DNA of 64,000 bases from IMG/VR virus record IMGVR_UViG_3300042691_048250, one strand, 5' to 3'. The position numbers were made by a program, and so were the translations under genes. The notes beneath the pieces were generated by a model. It was given only the letters and a program-made list of their open reading frames with translations. It did not search any database and was not told the DNA's origin. The DNA is from an uncultured virus (IMG/VR IMGVR_UViG_3300042691_048250). Lineage: Duplodnaviria > Heunggongvirae > Uroviricota > Caudoviricetes. Shown here in pieces: positions 1 through 9,553 of this stretch (position 1 is its first letter; each line of letters begins with the position of its first letter).

Positions 1-1
1 G

Positions 2-610
2 TTGTCGGGGGTGCCACAACAGAAAGAATTATTACAAAAATTCATAGATCAAGGTCGATCTCATGAGATATGCCTACATTATACTACCAACGCTACTATC
101 TGGCCAGATCAAGATTGGTGGAATCTCTGGCAGCACTTTCAAGAAATTGATATGCAATTGAGCATAGATGGCATAGATAAACATTTTGAATACATCAGAT
201 ACCCGGCCGACTGGAATCAAGTATCAATCAATATTCAACGATATCTATCAGAGCAGACATCAAGATCAAATCTCCGCCTCAGTGTAAGCCACACTGTCAG
301 CGCATACAATATAGCATACATTCCAGAATTTTTATCCTGGTGTCACACCATGACCTTGCCACGTCCTTGGTTAGGTCGTGTGCATGATCCTCAGTACCTA
401 CGCCCTAGCGTGTGGCCAGACAATGCCAAAAAATATATTATTGATAAATTACAAAGCAGTGATCAAGATGCCCAAATCTGGGCTAATCTAATCATCAATA
501 CCGATGATAGCAAACACTTTGATCAATTCCGCGATAGATTGGCTTGGCATGATCGTTATCGAAAAACCAATTTTGCCCAAACTTTTCCTGAAATGGCAGC
601 GTTTTTATGA
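2..610 (+). CDS. Radical SAM protein, C-terminal part (truncated by window edge)
   Basis: YTTNAT, LSIDG and FEYIRYP motifs and the C-terminal 'DRYRKTNFAQTFPE' resemble the paralog at 56691-58022. Confidence 0.75.
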   Translation: MSGVPQQKELLQKFIDQGRSHEICLHYTTNATIWPDQDWWNLWQHFQEIDMQLSIDGIDKHFEYIRYPADWNQVSINIQRYLSEQTSRSNLRLSVSHTVSAYNIAYIPEFLSWCHTMTLPRPWLGRVHDPQYLRPSVWPDNAKKYIIDKLQSSDQDAQIWANLIINTDDSKHFDQFRDRLAWHDRYRKTNFAQTFPEMAAFL

Positions 611-2067
611 GACAAGCTCGTTTGATTATACGTGACGAAGTCAACGTCAAGATCGAAGGTCTGGAACTGGACGCCAGACGGGCATTGGTAAACAAATTCA
701 AATACGATGTACCTTACGCAAGATATCTGCCCGCAGTAAGATTGGGCCGCTGGGATGGCAAGGTTAGTTTCTTCCAACTGGGTGGATCCACTTACGTGAA
801 TCTATTACCCGAAATCATTCCTGTGTTAGAAGAATATAACTATGACATAGATCTTGATGATCAACGTGAATACCGTACCACGTTTGAGTTTACTCCGGTA
901 CAGGAAAATACCTTTGCCAACTATACCTGGCCCAAGGGCCATCCCCAGGCTGGCGAACCCGTGACCATGCGAGACTATCAAGTGGAAATTATCAACGAAT
1001 TCCTGGCCAATCCACAATGTATCCAAGAAGTAGCCACAGGGGCTGGAAAGACCGTGATGACCGCGGCACTAAGTCATGCCGTGACCCCGTATGGTCGTAG
1101 CATTGTCATTGTGCCCAACAAGAGCCTGGTCACACAGACCGAAAAAGATTACGTCAATCTTGGCCTGGATACCGGAGTGTTCTTTGGTGACAGGAAAGAA
1201 TTTGGTCGCCAGCACACTATCTGCACATGGCAGAGCCTCAATGTGTTGCTAAAGAATACCAAGAATCAATCAGCGGATATCACAATAAATGAATTCCTGG
1301 AAGATGTGGTATGCGTGATAGTGGACGAAGTACACATGGCCAAGGCCGATGCACTGAAAACCCTGCTCACAGGCGTGATGTCACAAGTGCCGATCCGCTG
1401 GGGTCTCACCGGGACCGTGCCAAAAGAGCAGTTTGAGTTTCAAGCCATACACGTAAGCCTGGGCCCTGTAGTATCAAGATTAGCCGCGGCAGAATTGCAG
1501 GATCGCGGTGTGCTGGCCCAGTGCCATGTGAACATTGTACAGTTGGTAGATCACGTGGAATATTCAAACTATCAGAGCGAACTTAAATACTTGTTGGAGG
1601 AATCCGGCAGGCTGGATACCATGGCCAATCTCATAGCCGAAGTCAACAAGACCGGCAATACCTTGGTCTTGGTAGATCGTATCACAGCCGGTCAGGAGTT
1701 GGTCGCGAGATTAGACAACGCAGTATTCATTTCCGGTGCAACCAAGGCCGGAGAAAGGCAAGATCATTATGACGAAGTGGCGGAGGCGACAGACAAGATC
1801 ATTGTCGCTACTTACGGTGTGGCTGCCGTTGGTATTAACATTCCCCGTATTTTTAATCTGGTGCTTGTTGAGCCTGGTAAAAGTTTTGTTAGAGTTATCC
1901 AGTCTATTGGTCGTGGGATCCGTAAAGCGGAGGATAAAGACTTCGTCCAAATATGGGATATTACGTCGACATGCCGCTTCGCGAAGAGGCATTTGACCAA
2001 ACGCAAAGCCTACTACAAAGAAGCACGATATCCGTTTACACACGAAAAACTCGAGTGGCAGGCTTGA
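607..2067 (+). CDS. uvsW: UvsW-like superfamily 2 DNA helicase
   Basis: Q motif MRDYQ, Walker A ATGAGKT, DEVH, GLTGT, QSIGRGIR. Confidence 0.9.
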   Translation: MRQARLIIRDEVNVKIEGLELDARRALVNKFKYDVPYARYLPAVRLGRWDGKVSFFQLGGSTYVNLLPEIIPVLEEYNYDIDLDDQREYRTTFEFTPVQENTFANYTWPKGHPQAGEPVTMRDYQVEIINEFLANPQCIQEVATGAGKTVMTAALSHAVTPYGRSIVIVPNKSLVTQTEKDYVNLGLDTGVFFGDRKEFGRQHTICTWQSLNVLLKNTKNQSADITINEFLEDVVCVIVDEVHMAKADALKTLLTGVMSQVPIRWGLTGTVPKEQFEFQAIHVSLGPVVSRLAAAELQDRGVLAQCHVNIVQLVDHVEYSNYQSELKYLLEESGRLDTMANLIAEVNKTGNTLVLVDRITAGQELVARLDNAVFISGATKAGERQDHYDEVAEATDKIIVATYGVAAVGINIPRIFNLVLVEPGKSFVRVIQSIGRGIRKAEDKDFVQIWDITSTCRFAKRHLTKRKAYYKEARYPFTHEKLEWQA

Positions 2068-2092
2068 CTTTGATCAAGCCATCATCTATAAT
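2064..2092 (+). promoter_or_regulatory. sigma70-type promoter, likely leaderless transcript
   Basis: TTGACT-17 nt-TATAAT, ATG at 2100 with no SD. Confidence 0.65.
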
Positions 2093-2099
2093 AAAAAAC

Positions 2100-2600
2100 A
2101 TGCGAATACTAACATTAGATAACTTGGCATACGATCTGGATACCTTGCCCGAAGAAGTGGAAGACATGAGATTTGCCATACTCGACAACTCAGATCCAGC
2201 TAACCCTGACTATCATTACATACCTTTGATATTTCTCGAAAGTTTCAGTGCTCCGGCACTGGTTTTACGGGTCGGAGAAAACACTATCAAGATGCCCGTA
2301 GATTGGCAGATACTGATAGGCGAACCTGATCTTGGCGATCTTGAAATGCTACCACTGACATCTATCAATGATCGCGGCTTCAAAGCATTCCAGTTCAATC
2401 CCTTGACTTCTTTCCGGCCCAGTTTTCCTGACATAGAAATCATAGACGTGTATCACGAAGTGATGTGGTATGCGCCCAAACTCAAGAACGGTCAGATGTT
2501 GGCAGTTCCGATCAGCAACGAGGACACGCCTGACTGTGTGTACTTCGTCAAAGACATATCTCGCAACTGTGAGATAGTAGATTACAACAAGGCCTGGTGA
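2100..2600 (+). CDS. Hypothetical protein, possible degenerate Hint-like fold
   Basis: ORF from ATG 2100; pattern resembles Hint blocks without catalytic residues. Confidence 0.6.
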   Translation: MRILTLDNLAYDLDTLPEEVEDMRFAILDNSDPANPDYHYIPLIFLESFSAPALVLRVGENTIKMPVDWQILIGEPDLGDLEMLPLTSINDRGFKAFQFNPLTSFRPSFPDIEIIDVYHEVMWYAPKLKNGQMLAVPISNEDTPDCVYFVKDISRNCEIVDYNKAW

Positions 2601-2601
2601 C

Positions 2602-2799
2602 ATGCAACAGTACAGCAAAAGTGGTCCAAAAATACAAGCACCCGAAAACAAGGTTGTCATAGGAGACGACACAGCCAGTCTCAAGTCGCAGATACAAGAA
2701 CAGAATCGCCTGATCGAAGAACTGCAAAAAGAAGTTCGCCGACTCAAACAAAAGTTGGATCGCCACGCTGATTATATCAACAGACAGAATCATGGATAA
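2602..2799 (+). CDS. Small coiled-coil protein
   Basis: Heptad-rich 65 aa ORF, tightly packed in operon. Confidence 0.6.
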   Translation: MQQYSKSGPKIQAPENKVVIGDDTASLKSQIQEQNRLIEELQKEVRRLKQKLDRHADYINRQNHG

Positions 2800-3232
2800 A
2801 CTCAGCATACACAATGAGATGGCACAGTTTGATCTCAAGAATCGTGACTTCTATGACGAACTCACTGATGAAGAACGCAAGAAATTTTCTAACTATCTCA
2901 TGATACGCTGGGGATCAGCAGTGCAAGGCAGCCGCGAACTGCAAGAATTTTATGTGATCGCTACCAACGAACGGTTGAACAAGCATTTTTTTACCGTGAA
3001 TCGAGAACCCAAACTGCAATGGCTCATGGCCACCACTGTGAGTCCAGGCCTGGGCACACAGCGACATCAGTGGATCGCCCCCAAGAAAAAAGATGGTGCC
3101 AACAACGAAGTCCGCAAGACCTTGATGCAACTTTACCCGGCCATGAAGATGTCTGATATTGATACTCTGGCCGCTCTCACTGACCGAAAAGAATTGAAAG
3201 AGCACATGCGTGAGCTCGGCGATCAAGACTGA
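2792..3232 (+). CDS. Clamp loader small subunit (T4 gp62-like)
   Basis: 'KKFSNYLMIRWGS...NE...HQWIAPKK' pattern, size and replication context. Confidence 0.6.
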   Translation: MDKLSIHNEMAQFDLKNRDFYDELTDEERKKFSNYLMIRWGSAVQGSRELQEFYVIATNERLNKHFFTVNREPKLQWLMATTVSPGLGTQRHQWIAPKKKDGANNEVRKTLMQLYPAMKMSDIDTLAALTDRKELKEHMRELGDQD

Positions 3233-3908
3233 ACCACAACACACTTGCCGTTACTGCGAGAAAACCTTCCGCAGGCCCGAAAGCCTGGCAGTGCATGTCT
3301 GCGAGCCCAAGCGCAGATACCAAGAACAACAGGAAGTCGGTGTGCAACTGGGACTACAGTGCTATCTCAAGTTCTATGAATCCACGCAGGGTTCGGCAAA
3401 GTTGAAGACCTTTGATGACTTTGCTCGCAGTCCCTATTATCGTGCATTCGTAAAATTTGGACGATACTGTGTAGACATCAAGGCCATAAATGTCGCCCGG
3501 TTCATTGACTGGCTGCTCAAGCACAACAAAAAAATTGATCACTGGTGCAGAGACTCTATCTATGGAGAATACATCACTGACTATGTTAGATCTGAATCTA
3601 CTGCTGACGCCCTGGCTCGTGCCATAGAAGAAGCCATGACCTGGGCTGAAGAAACTGGCAATCCAGATCGAGATTATCTGCGCTATGGTAACACCAATCG
3701 GGTGTGCTACGCCATCACCACGGGTAAGATATCGCCATGGGTGTTGTACAACTGTGGATCTGGCATGACTCTGCTGGAGAATCTATCTCAAGAGCAGATC
3801 GCCATGATCTGGCCCATGATAGACAGTGATTTTTGGCAGCGGAAGTTCCGCGACTACAGGGCCGACGCCGAGTATGCCAGAGAAATATTGACCAAGGCAG
3901 GATGGTGA
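3210..3908 (+). CDS. Hypothetical protein with N-terminal C2H2-like zinc finger
   Basis: CRYCEKTF...LAVHVC. Confidence 0.7.
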   Translation: MSSAIKTEPQHTCRYCEKTFRRPESLAVHVCEPKRRYQEQQEVGVQLGLQCYLKFYESTQGSAKLKTFDDFARSPYYRAFVKFGRYCVDIKAINVARFIDWLLKHNKKIDHWCRDSIYGEYITDYVRSESTADALARAIEEAMTWAEETGNPDRDYLRYGNTNRVCYAITTGKISPWVLYNCGSGMTLLENLSQEQIAMIWPMIDSDFWQRKFRDYRADAEYAREILTKAGW

Positions 3909-4474
3909 TGAGCGCAGATATCGACATAGACTTGCCAGACCGAAGCCGTGTGCTGTCATTGATACAGCATGTGCCAGCCAGGCAAGGCGATCGCCGACAC
4001 AATTCCGGAGTGTACATACAAAACATACCCAGAGATCCTGTGCTGGATTGTGCAGCCATAGACTATGAAACCGCAGAGCAACGCGGATATTTCAAGATCG
4101 ATCTGTTGAATCTTGGGGTGTATCAATTGATCCAAGATCAAGCGCACTATGACCGCATGCTGGCCCAGGAGCCAGATTGGGCCAAACTGTGGCAAGATTC
4201 TGATTGGGCCAAGTCCTTGATACACGTGGGCAACTATACTGATCTGCTGTCGGCCATGCGCCCAGACAGCATACCTCGCATGGCTGCTTTTATATCGATA
4301 ATACGTCCTGGCAAGGCACACCTGCAAGGGCACTCATGGGATCGTGTTTTTGAGTCAGTATGGGACGGTGACGACAGCCGAGGATATACATTCAAGAAAA
4401 GCCATGCAGTGAGCTATGCCCGACTGGTGGCCTTGCACATGAATCTAATCTACCCTGCGAACCAAAGTGATTGA
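3908..4474 (+). CDS. Minimal DNA polymerase III alpha (DnaE)-like protein, ~189 aa
   Basis: ADIDID, RHNSGVY, FKIDLLN, IRPG, FKKSHAVSYA in DnaE order; ATG overlaps upstream TGA. Confidence 0.75.
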   Translation: MSADIDIDLPDRSRVLSLIQHVPARQGDRRHNSGVYIQNIPRDPVLDCAAIDYETAEQRGYFKIDLLNLGVYQLIQDQAHYDRMLAQEPDWAKLWQDSDWAKSLIHVGNYTDLLSAMRPDSIPRMAAFISIIRPGKAHLQGHSWDRVFESVWDGDDSRGYTFKKSHAVSYARLVALHMNLIYPANQSD

Positions 4475-4822
4475 TTTCCGTTTACTTTTGCGCCGGCTGA
4501 TCTCGCTGAGACTGCACACAGGGCCATGTATGATTTCGAGATCTTTGTTGCTGAATGTGCGTATATAATCGCGGAAAACGTCCCATTCATTACGCAGGAA
4601 TATGTTGATAGGAATGCTGTGATTGCTTTCCCACCACCAGGTGCTGCCAAGGTCCAAGAAACGGCGTTTTAGCACAGGATCATGGATGTCACCAAAATCA
4701 TATAGACTGGTGATATCAGCATCGCGATTTTGTATGATGCCCACATATTCGTTGCCCGCATGGATGCACAAGGTGATGAAAGGGTACTTCTGGCTTAGTG
4801 TCACGAACAAGTTTTCACCCAT
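4445..4822 (-). CDS. Hypothetical protein
   Basis: 125 aa ORF; TATAAATA late promoter on minus strand at 4862-4869. Confidence 0.7.
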   Translation of the reverse strand: MGENLFVTLSQKYPFITLCIHAGNEYVGIIQNRDADITSLYDFGDIHDPVLKRRFLDLGSTWWWESNHSIPINIFLRNEWDVFRDYIRTFSNKDLEIIHGPVCSLSEISRRKSKRKSITLVRRVD

Positions 4823-4843
4823 AAATATCTGCGGAGATTTCCT

Positions 4844-5635
4844 ATGTATTCAACCACTGCCTATTTATATCAGCAGATACAGCAAGTTTTATTGATCGAC
4901 ATATCGGGTGTGGGTGCGACGTTTGACCGGAGGTGGAATCCTGTGTACGCAAAAAGTTTAAAATTAAATCTTGGAGTAGACAACGTGATCCTATTCCAGT
5001 TCCTTAATCAGGATCAGAAACCAGTGAATATCACTGGCGCTACTTTCACGTTTCGCATCATCAGCCAAGACGGTGAAGACTTGCTGTACAGCAAAGAACT
5101 GGTCAGCCTGAACAATGCCACTGGCCGAGCCAAGGTCACGATCACCCAAGCAGAGACTGACAATCTACAGGCACAACCAGCATCCTGGAGCATAGAGATC
5201 ACCTCAGGCGTGCTTAATCAAGCTGTGTTCACTGATGATTACTCTGGAGCACGCGGAGACATTGACATCGTGGACTCTGTGTTTCCTGCTTTCGTGGCCA
5301 GTTCGGCCTTGACTGTGCCCTCCCAGGCTCCAGACAGCAGTGTTTACTATACCAGCACTATCACCACCAATGGTACCAGGTTGACCACGTTCCAGTTTGA
5401 TACCGTGGACTATACTGGTGAAATCAGTGTGCAAGGCAGCGTGGATGCCACGGCACAGACCGTGATGTGGTATGATATCAACTTCCAAGATCTTGAAACC
5501 AGTAACACAGTATCTCATTTAGATTTTGTCACCAGTACCGCACGTCGTGCTATCAATGTGCAAGGATTCCATCCTTATTTGAGATTAGCATTACAGGTCA
5601 GCGACGGCAACGTAGCAGCCATAACTTATAGATGA
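4844..5635 (+). CDS. Putative virion structural protein
   Basis: T/S/V-rich beta protein; TAAATA at 4822 and GGAG SD. Confidence 0.6.
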   Translation: MYSTTAYLYQQIQQVLLIDISGVGATFDRRWNPVYAKSLKLNLGVDNVILFQFLNQDQKPVNITGATFTFRIISQDGEDLLYSKELVSLNNATGRAKVTITQAETDNLQAQPASWSIEITSGVLNQAVFTDDYSGARGDIDIVDSVFPAFVASSALTVPSQAPDSSVYYTSTITTNGTRLTTFQFDTVDYTGEISVQGSVDATAQTVMWYDINFQDLETSNTVSHLDFVTSTARRAINVQGFHPYLRLALQVSDGNVAAITYR

Positions 5636-6360
5636 AGTTTAATAAAATCGTAGGATTTGGAGATTCTTTCATGTGGGGCGACGAGTTATTGGACCCTGCT
5701 TTGATCGATCACCCCCACGCACATCCTGTGTTAGTAGAGAACACTGTGTACAGAGAATCTCAATGTTTTCTGGGGCAGTTGGGTCGGCATTATGGCGTGC
5801 CCACAGAGAATTTTGGTTTGCCCGGAGGTAGTTTACAAAGCACTATCTGGACCTATCTGTGGTGGGTCGAACACGAATCTGTGCCTTTGGATCAGTGTTT
5901 GGTTTTGGTCGCTCTTACTGATGCCAACCGCCACAGTTTTTATGAGGTAGATCATGTGTGCTACGCCAACGATCCCCCATGGAACCGTTTCGTTCACAGC
6001 GCATGGGTACATAGTGGCAAGGCCACCATTCAGCAAGCATGGGAGGACATGGTTAAAAAACACATGGCACTGACCGATTGCCCAGAATCTCATGATTTAA
6101 ATTACAGGCAGGCTGTGTTGTTTTTTCATGGACAAAGAGAAAATCATCGCGGATTGTTACAATTTAATACTCTGCAACCCGTGACCGTGATCAATAAATC
6201 CACTGTGTTATGGCCAGACCAATGTCTGCAAACCCAGTTCAAATATCTACCGCATCGACAACATCTGTTGGCACCCATGGGCCATCCAAACATCCAGGGT
6301 CATGAATGGATAGCATCAAGGTTGATTCCTGAAATAGATCGTGTTACAATGATTGAGTGA
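5632..6360 (+). CDS. SGNH/GDSL-hydrolase-like protein
   Basis: FGDSF block I, NFGLPGGS, C-terminal GHPNIQGH. Confidence 0.65.
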   Translation: MKFNKIVGFGDSFMWGDELLDPALIDHPHAHPVLVENTVYRESQCFLGQLGRHYGVPTENFGLPGGSLQSTIWTYLWWVEHESVPLDQCLVLVALTDANRHSFYEVDHVCYANDPPWNRFVHSAWVHSGKATIQQAWEDMVKKHMALTDCPESHDLNYRQAVLFFHGQRENHRGLLQFNTLQPVTVINKSTVLWPDQCLQTQFKYLPHRQHLLAPMGHPNIQGHEWIASRLIPEIDRVTMIE

Positions 6361-7346
6361 TTGACATACTCCCTTATCTTCCAACCAAACGCAAGAGTAC
6401 CGCGTCGGGATGGATATCATTCAATGCACCTTGTTGTGTTCACAACGGCGAATCTTCGGACCGCCGGCAACGTGGTGGGATCAAAGTCAATGATCAGGGC
6501 TGGAGTTTCCACTGTTTCAACTGTGGATTCACGGCCAGTTTTATCCAGGGCCGCAACTTGTCTTTCAAGGCCCGCAGATTTTTGCAATGGCTGAATGTAC
6601 CCAAGGAAGAGATCGAGCGTGTCAATCTTGAAAGCCTGCGACATCGCAGTGTGCAAGGTATCCTGGACGATCGGCAGAGGACTGCCAATACGGTACAAGG
6701 CATTGAATTTGAAGACCGAGAACTGCCCGATACCTTTGCACTGATAGATCAGCACATGCCAGTGCATTGGCAATACCTCAGAGATCGCTGTGTGCCGGAG
6801 AACTACCCCACGGGCATGATACATGGTCAGCCCGATGACAAGTTCAGCCGTCGGCAGGGTGTGATCATACCATTTACCTATGACGGGCGCATAGTAGGAC
6901 ATACCCAGAGATTCTTTGATGATCATAATCCACGATATATCCATGACATGCAACCAGGCTATGTGTTTGGTACAGATCTACAAGGCCCCAATTGGAAACA
7001 TGCGATCGTTGTCGAGGGCGTGTTTGACGCACTCAGCATCGCAGGGTTGGCTGTGTTGCATGCTGAAATCAACGATGCACAGGCCAGATTGATACGCAGC
7101 TTGGATCGCGAAGTCACTGTGGTTCCAGATCAGGACGAAGCCGGCATGAAACTGGTTGATCGTGCCGTAGAACTGGGCTGGGCAGTGAGCATGCCTGAGT
7201 GGCCATCGAACATCAAAGATGTCAATGATGCAGTAAAGTGCTTTGGCCAATTGGTGACCTTGATACATATATTCCAAGCCAGAGAAACCAGTAAAATCAA
7301 GATAGAACTAAGGAAGAAGCAACTTGTTAAAAGACTACGGAATTGA
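6357..7346 (+). CDS. DNA primase (T4 gp61-like)
   Basis: Zn ribbon (CC..H...HCFNCG), TOPRIM VEGVFDA and PDQD, KDVND. Confidence 0.9.
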   Translation: MIDILPYLPTKRKSTASGWISFNAPCCVHNGESSDRRQRGGIKVNDQGWSFHCFNCGFTASFIQGRNLSFKARRFLQWLNVPKEEIERVNLESLRHRSVQGILDDRQRTANTVQGIEFEDRELPDTFALIDQHMPVHWQYLRDRCVPENYPTGMIHGQPDDKFSRRQGVIIPFTYDGRIVGHTQRFFDDHNPRYIHDMQPGYVFGTDLQGPNWKHAIVVEGVFDALSIAGLAVLHAEINDAQARLIRSLDREVTVVPDQDEAGMKLVDRAVELGWAVSMPEWPSNIKDVNDAVKCFGQLVTLIHIFQARETSKIKIELRKKQLVKRLRN

Positions 7347-8730
7347 TGTCCAACGACTGTTCCTGGAGATGATGTTGCAGGATGCACAGAGTTACATCCG
7401 TGTGCAGAACATCTACAATCCAGAAAACTTTGATCGCAGCCTGCGTCCAGCAGCCGAGTTCATAAAAGAACACTGCGACAAGCACAAGACCATGCCGGAC
7501 CGTGCGCAGGTGTCGGCTACCACATCCACTCGTCTGGAACACATCCCTGATCTCACTGAAGGACACTTTGACTGGTTCTTGGAAGAGTTTGAAGGATTCA
7601 CACGCAGGCAAGAACTGGAACGTGCGATCTTGAAATCAGCGGACTTGCTGGAAAAAGGCAACTTTGATCCTGTGGAAAAACTGATCAAGGATGCAGTGCA
7701 GATATCCTTGACCAAGGACATGGGCACAGATTACTTTGATGATCCGCGTGCGAGATTGATGGCCTTGAAAAACAACAACGGCCAGAACAGCACAGGTTGG
7801 CCTGCCTTGGACAAGCTGTTGTATGGCGGATTCAATCGCGGCGAACTGCAGATCTTTGCGGGTGGATCGGGCTCGGGCAAGAGCCTGTTCATGCAGAACT
7901 TGGCAGTGAATTGGGTAGAGGCCGGACTTTCTGGAGTGTACATCACTTTGGAACTTTCCGAAGGTCTGTGTGCCATGCGTATCGATGGCATGCTCACCAA
8001 CACAGCACAAAAAGAGATCTTCCGAGACCTTGACACCGTAGAGATGAAGATCAAGATGATGGGCAAGAAGTCGGGCAAGATGCGTATCAAATACATGCCT
8101 GCACAGAGCACAGTGAACGACATCCGGGCGTATCTCAAAGAACTGCAGATACAGACCGGATTGAAGGCAGATTTCCTGTGTGTGGATTATTTGGATCTAC
8201 TCATGCCAGTGAGTGCCAAGGTATCACCCAATGACCTGTTTGTCAAAGACAAATATGTGTCGGAAGAACTGCGCAACCTGGCCAAAGAACTCAACATCTT
8301 ATTTGTCACAGCAAGCCAGTTGAATCGTGCGGCAGTGGAAGAAATTGAGTTTGACCATAGCCATATCTCAGGTGGTATTTCTAAGATCAATACTGCGGAC
8401 AACGTATTTGGTATCTTTACATCGAGAGCCATGCGTGAGCGTGGTCGCTATCAATTACAGTTGATGAAGACTCGTAGTTCCTCGGGTGTAGGACAGAAAG
8501 TGGAGCTGGAATTTGATATCGAAAGCCTGCGCATCCGAGATCTTGCGCAGGATGAAGGTTATCAAGAGTTCAAAAAACGTGCGCCATCGATCTATGAGTC
8601 GATCAAGGCCAAAAGTACCTTGACAGACGACGAACCCAATGCCACTGTTGCTGACGAGCCAGGAAAAATCACGGCAGAAGTACAGTCATCAAAACTTAAA
8701 AGCCTATTGAATCAAATCAAAAGTGTTTGA
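7324..8730 (+). CDS. Replicative DnaB-like helicase (T4 gp41-like)
   Basis: GGSGSGKS, ITLELSE, VDYLDL, TASQLNR. Confidence 0.92.
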   Translation: MLKDYGIDVQRLFLEMMLQDAQSYIRVQNIYNPENFDRSLRPAAEFIKEHCDKHKTMPDRAQVSATTSTRLEHIPDLTEGHFDWFLEEFEGFTRRQELERAILKSADLLEKGNFDPVEKLIKDAVQISLTKDMGTDYFDDPRARLMALKNNNGQNSTGWPALDKLLYGGFNRGELQIFAGGSGSGKSLFMQNLAVNWVEAGLSGVYITLELSEGLCAMRIDGMLTNTAQKEIFRDLDTVEMKIKMMGKKSGKMRIKYMPAQSTVNDIRAYLKELQIQTGLKADFLCVDYLDLLMPVSAKVSPNDLFVKDKYVSEELRNLAKELNILFVTASQLNRAAVEEIEFDHSHISGGISKINTADNVFGIFTSRAMRERGRYQLQLMKTRSSSGVGQKVELEFDIESLRIRDLAQDEGYQEFKKRAPSIYESIKAKSTLTDDEPNATVADEPGKITAEVQSSKLKSLLNQIKSV

Positions 8731-9553
8731 AGTCAAAGTCATAGTGTTTACCGGCCGATAGTTTTGAATCTATGTCCGTGATCCAATCAATTGTGATTGG
8801 AGACACAGGATATTCTGGTAAATGTTCATTGACCCAGGCAAGGTGTTGCAATGGACTTGGATGCATATCAACTGTGTTCCAAAGATTTGAAGATATCGTT
8901 CTGTCTTGCTTAATCATGTCACAAAAGTCATATAGTTCTTGTTTCACAAATGCATCAAGAGGCATGTTGCGATACTGTCCATCTAGAATTTGATCCAACG
9001 GGGGCCAACTTGCACCTGCCATCCTATCGTAAAGTTGCCGCGCAGATTTTAAACTCTGTGGATGTAAACGATATGGTTTTTGATTGGGCGTCATGGGTGC
9101 ATATTTGATACGGTCTAAGATTGGACCATAGAGTTTGTATGGCTCAGTATCGCCATCAAATTCCTGCCAATGCAACATTTTATAGTTGATCTTGAGGTAA
9201 TCTAGCATGTACTGTACAGATGCCATCCACGCAAATGACAACCATTGATAACCGACAGGACATGACAACGGTATATCTTTGCGAGATAGATCAAAATATT
9301 GATTCACAAAGTGAGACCATTCATTGATCTGATAGTAATCAATTCTAGCCAAACCCGACCAAAGTATGATCACGGTATCATCGGGCCGGAATTTATGAGT
9401 CAGATGGCATCGATTTATCGCGTTGAGAATATAATTATTGCCGGCTCCGGGACGACCCCAATTGTAAAATTCAGTGAAACTCCTGCCTATGATATCTGCC
9501 CAGGTAGGATAGTGATAAGAGGTGTGGCTGCAACCAAATGTGAATAGTCTCAT
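8717..9553 (-). CDS. SGNH-like hypothetical protein
   Basis: FGCSHT, NWGRPGAGN, DMHPSP. Confidence 0.6.
   Translation of the reverse strand: MRLFTFGCSHTSYHYPTWADIIGRSFTEFYNWGRPGAGNNYILNAINRCHLTHKFRPDDTVIILWSGLARIDYYQINEWSHFVNQYFDLSRKDIPLSCPVGYQWLSFAWMASVQYMLDYLKINYKMLHWQEFDGDTEPYKLYGPILDRIKYAPMTPNQKPYRLHPQSLKSARQLYDRMAGASWPPLDQILDGQYRNMPLDAFVKQELYDFCDMIKQDRTISSNLWNTVDMHPSPLQHLAWVNEHLPEYPVSPITIDWITDIDSKLSAGKHYDFDFKHF

Noticed and set aside
7692..7700. TGCAGTGCA in helicase (also TGCACTGCA at 61716)
   Set aside because: Inside coding sequence with no promoter context; treated as background for the PhaR-like motif
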